Part shown: in pieces, positions 56,917 through 64,000 of the stretch
Position numbering within the stretch: the stretch's first letter is position 1
Layout: each line of letters begins with the position of its first letter
Assembly (NCBI GenBank): GCA_963732945.1
Contig: CAVTBL010000004.1
Coordinates: 273,864 to 337,863 of the forward strand
Direction: 5' to 3'
Source of the DNA: an uncultured Chloroflexia bacterium
GTDB taxonomy: Bacteria; Chloroflexota; Dehalococcoidia; DSTF01; WHTK01
Length of the DNA: 64,000 nt
The notes under the pieces: model-generated
Seen by the model: only the letters and a program-made list of their open reading frames with translations
Told to the model about the DNA's origin: nothing
Database searches by the model: none
Program-made: the position numbers and the translations under genes

Positions 56917-57111
56917 TCAGGGCAGCGACGGCGAGGATGCGCCCCCGGTCAGGGGCTTGCCCTTCGTCTTCTTGGCTGCTGACTTCTTGCTCTTATCCGA
57001 GGCACGGGCCTCGACCTGCAAATTACGCAGGGCTGCGTTGACGTTACGCACCCTGCGGTTCCAGTCTTCGAGATCGACGCCTTCCTCGACGAACGGCCCT
57101 TCTTCGTCCAT
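56917..57111 (-). CDS. Small hypothetical protein with acidic N-terminus and Lys-rich C-terminus
   Basis: The ATG follows GGGGGAAGGTG. It is 64 aa. Confidence 0.4.
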   Translation of the reverse strand: MDEEGPFVEEGVDLEDWNRRVRNVNAALRNLQVEARASDKSKKSAAKKTKGKPLTGGASSPSLP

Positions 57112-57277
57112 CACCTTCCCCCTCAAGTGCAGCATCGGCAGTTCCACCTCCTGGACTAGGGGTAACACCGGTTCTGCAATGACCTTTTAACACGTGCAGC
57201 CCGACCTGCCCCTGCAGCACGCGAAAACATCCCTCCTGGACCGCACGACGTCGTCGCGCCTCAGAGCCCTGGGTACG

Positions 57278-57748
57278 TCAGGCGATGGGCTGCAGCTGTG
57301 CCTGCGGCGTCGCACTGCGCACGGCGTCGCGACGCGCCACGATCATGAACAACGACAGTCGCTGCCGCAGGTCGAGCACGACATGGCGAAAAGCTGCGAT
57401 CCTGTCCTCGTCTTTGAGGCCGGCCAGTGCCGGGTCCGTGAACGTCCAGCGGAACTGACCCAGGCGGCCGGCCGGCAGGTCCAGCTCATCGACCGACGGG
57501 TCGTTGCTCAGCGCGATCACGTAGTCGAAGATTCTGCCGTCGAAGCGCGAAACCGGCTTCGATTCCAGGGTGCGGGGTCGGATGTAGTTCTCGCCCAGAA
57601 CGGCAACGGTCAGAGGATGCACAGCCGTGGGGCACGCGCCGGCGCTCGAAGCCTCGAATGCGCCCTTGCCCATATCGTTTAGCAGAGCCTCGGCGAGAAT
57701 GCTGAGAGTGGCGTTGTTCTTGCAGAGAAACAGAACCTGGATAGCCAT
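57278..57748 (-). CDS. LMW-PTP/ArsC-fold protein with a degenerate P-loop
   Basis: VLFLCKNNATLSILAEALL aligns to VLFLCTGNSCRSxMAE, but the CX5R arginine is absent. Confidence 0.6.
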   Translation of the reverse strand: MAIQVLFLCKNNATLSILAEALLNDMGKGAFEASSAGACPTAVHPLTVAVLGENYIRPRTLESKPVSRFDGRIFDYVIALSNDPSVDELDLPAGRLGQFRWTFTDPALAGLKDEDRIAAFRHVVLDLRQRLSLFMIVARRDAVRSATPQAQLQPIA

Positions 57749-58084
57749 CACACGGTTCCTTCGACGTAATGCTGCGGATTTGGCTTGAGCTATGGGCTCG
57801 AATTCAGCTTAGGAGCGTCGGGTCTCGGCCCGTAAGAGGCGATCAGCCCGAAATGGCAGCCAATCGGAAGTTGGCAGGCTTACCTGACGTCTGCCGCCGT
57901 CTTCCTGGCGCGAGCGACCGCGGCTGTTCCTTACACAACTCATGAACACGCCGTAGCTGGATGAAAGCCGGGTCTGGGGCCGGGAATGTTGTCGATAATG
58001 CGCGGAGCCTGCTCGCGATGTTTAGCGAGCAGGCTCCGATGTGGCCTGAGAGATGCACGCGCCTCGGCGTCGGAAGCGTCTAGC

Positions 58085-59008
58085 CTAGGCCCCGACGGCG
58101 CCTCGTGGTACCGGTACGCCGGGGACGCCCCAGCGGATGCGGTTGATCGTCGTTGGACCGGTGAAGTACAGCGTCATCCAGTCGTCGTCGCCCCAGTTCA
58201 TGTTCACGGCGCGCGTCTGAATCGTGCCGATGTGTTCGCCCTGGGGGGAGATCACCCAGATACCGCCGGGGCCGGTGCAGTAGACGTTGCCTTCGACGTC
58301 GCACTTCATGCCGTCTGGTGCGCCGGGGCGGTCGTCGCCGCGCATGTCGCAGAACAGGCGCGCGCTGCCGCGGTCCACCATGCCGTTGCTCTCGACGTCG
58401 TACGCCATGATTAGCTTGCGATGCCGGTTGCTGTCGTTGAAGTAGAGGATCTTCTCGTCCGGCGAGAAGCACAGCCCGTTGGGGTTCACGAAGTCGCGCA
58501 CGATCATGTTGACCTGGCTGAGGTCGGCCGAGACGCGGTAGAAGCCGGCGATGTCGAGCTCGGGCGTGTGCTCCGGCGGCGTCAGTGGCGGGCGCGGCGG
58601 CGGGTCGGAGAAGTAGATGCTGCCGTCCGACTTCACCACGACGTCGTTAGGGCGGTTGAGCTTCAGCCCGTGGTAACGGTCTGCGATCACCGTGACGCTG
58701 CCGTCGGGCTCGATGCGGTCGACGCGGCGGCTGAAGTGATGGCAGATCACGAGCCGTCCCTGCTGGTCGCGCGTCATGCCGTTGGCGTTGGCGGTTTCTT
58801 CCTGGTCGACGGTGACGCCTTTGCCCGGCTCGTACTTCATGCGACGGCTGCCGTGGATGTCGCTGAATAAGAGGTAACCGCCCTCCTTCCACCACACGGG
58901 ACCTTCGGCCGGGCCGTGCTGCCCGCCGTAACCGCCGCCGAGCTCCTCGGGCGTGTCCTGCGGACCGACGAGGCGCTTCATTGCGTCAGACAGGATCTCG
59001 ATCGTCAT
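58085..59008 (-). CDS. SMP-30/gluconolactonase/LRE-like beta-propeller protein
   Basis: It has EGPVW, LLFSDI, NGMT.D..GRL, NRPNDVVV..DG.IYFSDP, PNGLCFSPDEK.LY and PDGMK.D..GN motifs. Only the lower third of the 737-aa ORF-track entry is this gene. Confidence 0.8.
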   Translation of the reverse strand: MTIEILSDAMKRLVGPQDTPEELGGGYGGQHGPAEGPVWWKEGGYLLFSDIHGSRRMKYEPGKGVTVDQEETANANGMTRDQQGRLVICHHFSRRVDRIEPDGSVTVIADRYHGLKLNRPNDVVVKSDGSIYFSDPPPRPPLTPPEHTPELDIAGFYRVSADLSQVNMIVRDFVNPNGLCFSPDEKILYFNDSNRHRKLIMAYDVESNGMVDRGSARLFCDMRGDDRPGAPDGMKCDVEGNVYCTGPGGIWVISPQGEHIGTIQTRAVNMNWGDDDWMTLYFTGPTTINRIRWGVPGVPVPRGAVGA

Positions 59009-59137
59009 GTTTGGCACCTTTCTCCGACAACGAGCCGCAACCTTGTTGCATTTCAGTGGCGATGCTACCAGAATCTGCACCAAGATTGCTCCATTGGTCA
59101 ATCGTTCCTTATGACTCCGTCCTAGAAGAAGAGAGAG

Positions 59138-60367
59138 ATGAAGCGAAGCACCGACCGAATCCTCACGACTCACGTAGGCAGCCTGGTCCGTCCGCCCGAA
59201 GTCATGGAGATGATCCTCAAGAAGGTAACAGGCGGCGAGTTTGACGAGGCCGAATTCGAAAAGGTGGTGGCGCAGGGCGTTAAAGACGTCGTTCGCATGC
59301 AAGCCGAGGTCGGCATCGACGTACCGAGCGACGGCGAGTTCTCGAAGCCGAGCTTCAGCGGCTACATCAACGAGCGCCTCGCCGGCCTCGAGCCGCGCCC
59401 CGTCGAGCGACGCCCCAGCACCGGCCCCATGAACTACCCGATCCTCAACGAGGAGTTCCCGGGCTTCATGACGCAGTACGCCGGTATGTACCGCACCATG
59501 TGGATGCCGATGTCGCTCGACAAGGAGCTGATCGACCAGGCAGTCAAGGTCGGCCCCGGCGAGCGCACCGTCCTTGTTGGCCCCGTCTCCTACAAGGGCC
59601 AGGCCCTGGTGCAGCGTGACATCGCCAACTTCAAGGCCGCGATGCAGGGTCTGCAGTTCGAGGAAGCCTTCATCCCGGCCGCGACGCCGAGCCGCCAGGA
59701 CGCCGACCCCAAGGAGGTCTACCCCAGCGAGCAGGCCTACCGCTACGCCCTGGCCGATGCGATGCACGAAGAGTACAAGGCGATCGTCGATGCCGGATTC
59801 GTCGTGCAGCTCGACCTCGGCCTGCCGGCGCGCAACCAGGTGCTCCCCGGTGATACGCGCCCGAGCTGGGAGAAGCTGCGCGAAGCCTCGATGAAGGACG
59901 TCGAGGCCTACAACCACGCCCTGCGCGGCATCCCGGAGGACCGCGTTCGCTACCACCTCTGCTGGGGCAGCATGAACACGCCTCACACCAGCGACGTGCC
60001 GCTCAAGGAAATCGTCGACATGATCCTCAGCATCAACGCGCAGGCCTACTCCATCGAGGCCGCCAACCCGCGTCACGAGCACGAGTGGATGGTCTGGCAG
60101 GACGTGAAGCTGCCCGAGGGCAAGATCCTCATCCCCGGCATCGTCTCGCACCAGACCAACGTCGTCGAGCATCCCGAGCTCGTGGCGTGGCGCATCAAGA
60201 ACTACGCCAGCGTCGTCGGCCGCGAGAACGTCATCGCCGGCACGGATTGCGGGTTCTCCCAGGGCTGGAACATGATCCGCGTACATCCCGAGGTGCAATG
60301 GGCCAAGCTGCGCTCGCTGGCCGAGGGCGCTGCGCTGGCCAGCAAGGACTTGTGGGGCCGCAACTAG
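59138..60367 (+). CDS. MetE-like/UROD-superfamily Zn alkyltransferase family protein (paralog 3, divergent subfamily)
   Basis: It has THVGSLVRP, DGEFSK, H-x-C (YHLCWG) and TDCGFS motifs. Confidence 0.7.
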   Translation: MKRSTDRILTTHVGSLVRPPEVMEMILKKVTGGEFDEAEFEKVVAQGVKDVVRMQAEVGIDVPSDGEFSKPSFSGYINERLAGLEPRPVERRPSTGPMNYPILNEEFPGFMTQYAGMYRTMWMPMSLDKELIDQAVKVGPGERTVLVGPVSYKGQALVQRDIANFKAAMQGLQFEEAFIPAATPSRQDADPKEVYPSEQAYRYALADAMHEEYKAIVDAGFVVQLDLGLPARNQVLPGDTRPSWEKLREASMKDVEAYNHALRGIPEDRVRYHLCWGSMNTPHTSDVPLKEIVDMILSINAQAYSIEAANPRHEHEWMVWQDVKLPEGKILIPGIVSHQTNVVEHPELVAWRIKNYASVVGRENVIAGTDCGFSQGWNMIRVHPEVQWAKLRSLAEGAALASKDLWGRN

Positions 60368-60409
60368 CCGTCACCCCAATCTGAAGAGTAGCTACCGAGG
60401 AGGCTCGTA

Positions 60410-61177
60410 ATGGGATCGCACTTCAAGGAAAAGCTCTACGACCCGAAGACCAGGCCGCTGGGGATGTTCGTCAAGTTTCCGACTCTCGAGACCACGGAGA
60501 TTCTCGCGAGCAGCGGCCTCGACTTCATCATCCTGGACATGGAGCACGCGCCGTTGGGCGTCGAGACGGTCTACGGCATGATTGCGGTCGCCGAGCGCTG
60601 CGGTATGTCGGCGCTGGTGCGACTGCGCGGCCACGACATCTCGACCGGCAACATGTTCCTCGATGCCGGCGCCTCGGGCGTGCTCGTGCCGCACTGCTCG
60701 CCCTACGACGTCGCCTGTGAGCTGCTCGGCGACATGGTGTTTCCGCCGGTCGGCCGTCGTGGCGCCGGCGGCGGCGGTCGCGCCACCCAGTGGGGCCTCG
60801 ACGGCGCCGAGGAGTATCGCCGCGGCGGCGACCAGGGCGTCGTGCGCGTGCCGATGATCGAGGACCCGGAAGCGGTCGAAGACATCGAGCGCATCCTGAC
60901 GATTCCCGGCCTCGACGCCGCCTTCATCGGCCAGGGCGACCTCGGCCAGACGCTGGGCGATCGCGAAAAGGTACCGCCTCTGGTCGAAAAGGCGCTCGCA
61001 GCCTGCAATTCGGCTGGCATTCCGGCCTGCACGACGGCGTACGGCGCCGACGTCGAGGCGCGGCTCAAGCAGGGCTTCAAGTTCCTCGCTATCTCGAACG
61101 ATACAGGCCTGTTCACGCGCGCGGCGCAGGATCGGATTAAGGTCGCGAAGCAGGCCGTCGAGGCGGTAGCGCGCTAA
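60410..61177 (+). CDS. HpcH/HpaI-family aldolase (2-keto-3-deoxy-acid aldolase type)
   Basis: It has GLDFIILDMEHAP, ALVRL and GASGVLVPH, the family pattern. GAGGAGG precedes the ATG. Confidence 0.8.
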   Translation: MGSHFKEKLYDPKTRPLGMFVKFPTLETTEILASSGLDFIILDMEHAPLGVETVYGMIAVAERCGMSALVRLRGHDISTGNMFLDAGASGVLVPHCSPYDVACELLGDMVFPPVGRRGAGGGGRATQWGLDGAEEYRRGGDQGVVRVPMIEDPEAVEDIERILTIPGLDAAFIGQGDLGQTLGDREKVPPLVEKALAACNSAGIPACTTAYGADVEARLKQGFKFLAISNDTGLFTRAAQDRIKVAKQAVEAVAR

Positions 61178-61296
61178 CGGAGGCCCTCAGGCGCCCAGCC
61201 AGCCGCGGAACCGTCTCTCGAGACGGCTGTCGGCCGGTTACGAGGATCGCCGCGAGTCTTGCGAAGGACCCGCGCAGGACGCCGCCACGCTAGTGG

Positions 61297-62058
61297 CTAG
61301 CCGACGAGTTCGCGCACGCCACGGCGATAGCCGAGGCTGGAAGAGATGACGTCGGCGAGCTGGAGGAGCGGTGGGATTAGCTTCTCCAGCGTGGCTTCGT
61401 CGGTGATGCCGTAGAAGCACACGGCGGCGATCGGACTCCCACTCGAGTCCAGGATCGGCGCCGCAACGGCGATGTGGCTGTTGTCGTAGTGCTCACCGCG
61501 GTTGATCGCATAGCCCTGCTGCCTGATCCGGGCGAGCTCCTCGCTCAGCGTCTCACGCGTGGCGAAGGTTTGCGGTGTGAACTGCTTCAGCGGTCCATTG
61601 AGGATGGACTGCCGAACCTCCTCGCTGGAGAACGCGAGGATTGCCTTGCCCGGGGCGCAGGCGTAGACCGGCACGATGTACGACAGGATGTTGTACATCG
61701 CGTAGTCGTCCTGGGGTGTGAGGCTCTCGAGGTAGATCGTCTGGTCGCCGCGTACGACGGCAATGTAGGCGGCGTTGCCCCATTCCTTGACGGCCACCTC
61801 CATGTGCGGCCGAGCGATATCGAGGAAGGGCAGGCGTCGCGCCGCCTGTACGCCCCAGGTCCAGAAGCGCACGTCGAGGAAATGTCGCCCCGTGTCGTCG
61901 CGCTCGACGAGTCCGTCGTCCACTAGCGAAGCCAGCAAGCGGGAGACGGTGGACTTGTTGGCGCCCATCTTCTCGGCCAGATCGGTGACCGTTAGACCTT
62001 TCGGGAAGGCAGCAAGCAGGTCGAAAGCCTGGACTGTTCGGGAAAGACTATTCGCCAT
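61297..62058 (-). CDS. IclR-family transcriptional regulator (second copy)
   Basis: It has the wHTH SRTVQAFDLLAAFPKGLTVTDLAEKMGANKSTVSRLLASL and an effector domain. I moved the start to 62058. Confidence 0.85.
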   Translation of the reverse strand: MANSLSRTVQAFDLLAAFPKGLTVTDLAEKMGANKSTVSRLLASLVDDGLVERDDTGRHFLDVRFWTWGVQAARRLPFLDIARPHMEVAVKEWGNAAYIAVVRGDQTIYLESLTPQDDYAMYNILSYIVPVYACAPGKAILAFSSEEVRQSILNGPLKQFTPQTFATRETLSEELARIRQQGYAINRGEHYDNSHIAVAAPILDSSGSPIAAVCFYGITDEATLEKLIPPLLQLADVISSSLGYRRGVRELVG

Positions 62059-62096
62059 CTGGTTCCAGATCATACGGGACGCGACCGATTCGTTCA

Positions 62097-62118
62097 ATCT
62101 GTGAAATGAAACACAGAT
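62097..62118. promoter_or_regulatory. Inverted repeat ATCTGTG-N8-CACAGAT in the IclR2/SBP2 divergent region
   Basis: Read directly. Confidence 0.35.
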
Positions 62119-62129
62119 GCAATCCAGTC

Positions 62130-62161
62130 TTGACATTCGTAGATTCTGCAACTAAGTTGCA
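62130..62161 (+). promoter_or_regulatory. Candidate promoter TTGACA-N17-TAAGTT whose -10 is embedded in the perfect palindrome TGCAAC-TAA-GTTGCA (62147-62161)
   Basis: Read directly. It lies 44 nt upstream of the SBP2 ATG. Confidence 0.4.
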
Positions 62162-62204
62162 CGACATCGGCCGAATCCCGCTTGGGAGCAAGGGAGGTCC
62201 ACAG

Positions 62205-64000
62205 ATGGCGAACTACTGGGACAAGACACTGAGCACCAGGATTTCACGCCGGCGCGGGTTGGTCGGCCTCGGAGGCGGTGCGCTGGGCGCCGCGTTCCTC
62301 GCAGCCTGCGGCGGTAGCAGTAACAACAACAACTCGTCTACCACTTCGGGCGCTTCGTCCGCTTCCGGCGCCTCGTCTGGCAGCGGCGCGGCATCGGGCA
62401 GCAGCGCAGCGTCAGGCGCCACTGGCGCCGCATCCGGTGCGTCGGGCAGCGTCGACAAGTCCGGCCTGCTGACCAAAGCCGTCGACACCACCGCGCAGGC
62501 CAAGCCGGGCGGCACGTTCCCCTACTACGTAACGTCCGAAGTCAAGACGATGGACCCGCTGAACAACGCGGCGGTCGGCTCCGGTATCAACAACCAGGCC
62601 TACGCCTACAGCCGGATGTTCCAGTGGAAGCCCGGCGTGCTCGACAACCCGGTCGGCGGCGCCTTCGTGCCGGACGCGGCCGAGTCTTACGAGGTTTCTC
62701 CGGACGGGCTGACGATCACCTTCAAGATGCGCTCGGACGTGAAGTTCGACCCGCGCCCGCCGACAAACGGCCGCCTCATGACGGCGAACGACGTCAAGTT
62801 CAGCTGGGACAAGTTCTCGGTCAACGGCCTCACTCGCTTCGACTACGTCAACTCGCTGAACGCGGCGGGACCGGTGAAGTCTATCGATGCAACCGATGAC
62901 CACACGGTCGTGGCCAAGCTAGCTTTCCCGATCGCGAACATGGTGTCGCGTTTCGCCTTCCACCGTTTCCTCTCGATCATGCCTACGGAGTCTGATGGCG
63001 GCTTCGACCCCAAGACGGACCAGCGCGGCTCCGGCCCCTGGATGCTGCGCAAGTGGGAGCCAAGCGTCGCCTATACCTACGACCGCAACCCAACTTGGCA
63101 CCTGCGCAAGGGCCAGCCTTACCTCGACACGCTGAACCTGGCCCTGATCTCGGAGCCCGCCCAGATTCGCGCTCAGCTCCTCTCGGGCGGCATCTGGAAC
63201 GCACGCACCAACGCCGGGGAGATCGATCCTACAGACGTCATCGCGGCGAAGAAGGAAGAGACGAAGCTCGGCATGTATGACGACGGCTACCCCTGGGGTG
63301 GCCCGAACCACCTGGCCTTCGGGTTCAAGGACCCGTCGCCGTTCCAGGACGTGCGCATCCGTCGCGCCATGTCGATGACCCTCGACCGCGACCTCTGGAT
63401 CGACGCCAACTACAACGTCAGCAAGTTCGAGGCGCAGGGTCTGCCGATGGAGACGCGCTGGAACACGCACTACTCGGCCGACGACAAGACCTACTGGCTC
63501 GACCCCAAGGGCACTTCCCTGGGCGAAGGCGCAGCGTACTTCAAGTTCAACGTCGCCGACGCCACCAAGCTGATGCAGGCCGCCGGCTACAACTCACCCA
63601 TGAAGCTCACGGGCCTGATGCAGGGCAACGGTAACAACCAGATCACCAGCCTCGTCGGGATGCTTACCGGCAGCAAGCTGTTCGACGTTAGCATCCAGAG
63701 CCTGACCGCCACCGACTACAACCACACGGTGTACAACGGCTCCGGCGACTTCGAGGGTCTCGGCCTGGCGCAGAACATGGGCGTCCGCGGCGACATCGAC
63801 CAGTACCTCTCGACGCGCTGGTCCCCGGGCGGCGCATCGGGCACGCAGACGATGTTCCCCAAGGTCTACGACTGGTATCAGAAGTCGCAGGACCTGATCA
63901 CCGCCCAGCGGCAGGAGCTCGACGACAAGAAGCGCCTCAGCATCATCCTCGATCTCGAGAAGGAGCTGGCGCTGCAGATGCCCACCGTGCCGTACCCCGG
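62205..64000 (+). CDS. ABC-transporter solute-binding protein, family 5, Tat-lipoprotein signal; 3' end outside the window
   Basis: The ATG follows GGGAGG. It has SRRRGL plus the lipobox LAAC, then a Ser/Gly/Ala linker. It is collinear with 16733-18624. The frame stays open to the window edge. Confidence 0.8.
   Translation, partial: MANYWDKTLSTRISRRRGLVGLGGGALGAAFLAACGGSSNNNNSSTTSGASSASGASSGSGAASGSSAASGATGAASGASGSVDKSGLLTKAVDTTAQAKPGGTFPYYVTSEVKTMDPLNNAAVGSGINNQAYAYSRMFQWKPGVLDNPVGGAFVPDAAESYEVSPDGLTITFKMRSDVKFDPRPPTNGRLMTANDVKFSWDKFSVNGLTRFDYVNSLNAAGPVKSIDATDDHTVVAKLAFPIANMVSRFAFHRFLSIMPTESDGGFDPKTDQRGSGPWMLRKWEPSVAYTYDRNPTWHLRKGQPYLDTLNLALISEPAQIRAQLLSGGIWNARTNAGEIDPTDVIAAKKEETKLGMYDDGYPWGGPNHLAFGFKDPSPFQDVRIRRAMSMTLDRDLWIDANYNVSKFEAQGLPMETRWNTHYSADDKTYWLDPKGTSLGEGAAYFKFNVADATKLMQAAGYNSPMKLTGLMQGNGNNQITSLVGMLTGSKLFDVSIQSLTATDYNHTVYNGSGDFEGLGLAQNMGVRGDIDQYLSTRWSPGGASGTQTMFPKVYDWYQKSQDLITAQRQELDDKKRLSIILDLEKELALQMPTVPYP

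Noticed and set aside
59009-60298. The upper two thirds of the 737-aa minus-strand ORF (58085-60298)
   Set aside because: Only the part from 59008 downward encodes the SMP-30-like protein, which has a proper Met. The upstream extension is antisense to the MetE-like gene at 59138-60367 and has shadow-ORF composition.

Overview
This is a GC-rich bacterial chromosomal window with strong GC3 bias, GGAGG-type ribosome-binding sites and many 1-8 nt stop/start overlaps. The gene content (sortase plus LPXTG substrate, a tad locus without a secretin, an LLM/F420-type oxidoreductase) suggests a monoderm-type high-GC lineage such as Chloroflexota or Actinomycetota. That lineage call is inference only. 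I recognised no rRNA, tRNA, CRISPR array, transposase or integrase.

The window falls into three blocks.

1. Positions 1-7.5 kb hold an OmpR-type regulator tail, a REC-like protein and a kinase-less KdpD N-terminal/USP protein. They also hold a ChrB-like protein, membrane proteins, a beta-propeller, a UspA and an orphan tadE-tadG pair.

2. Positions 7.8-19.6 kb and 58-64 kb are two IclR-associated loci that look catabolic. They contain four paralogs of a tandem-EthD protein, three MetE-like Zn alkyltransferase-family proteins and two VOC/glyoxalase-fold proteins. They also contain an LLM oxidoreductase, an SMP-30-like lactonase, an HpcH/HpaI aldolase and two Tat-lipoprotein family-5 solute-binding proteins. 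A recurring ATTCCG-N5-CGGAAT palindrome sits at the promoters of the first locus.

3. Positions 20.6-52 kb form a surface/adhesion island of about 32 kb.
   - A Big-domain secreted protein and a VWA-TM-FHA protein lie upstream.
   - A 13.5 kb co-directional tad/flp operon has no secretin. It runs straight into a DUF192 gene, an LPXTG repeat adhesin of about 1,400 aa and an overlapping sortase.
   - A third tadE-tadG pair follows on the opposite strand.
   - Two ECF sigma/anti-sigma pairs have anti-sigma partners ending in long low-complexity tails; one tail is about 250 aa of almost pure Gly/Asn.
   - The island also carries a large Cys-rich secreted Ig-like protein, a FliA/WhiG-type sigma and a processive GT2 synthase.

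The strongest candidate for something undescribed is the tad-DUF192-adhesin-sortase unit and its regulatory shell. The second is the quadruplicated tandem-EthD/MetE-like regulon.

Caveat: at least 17 reading frames are interrupted, in each site resolved at nucleotide level by what looks like a small indel (usually one extra base). Most breaks lie in paralogous or repetitive genes. This may reflect uncorrected assembly indels rather than biology.
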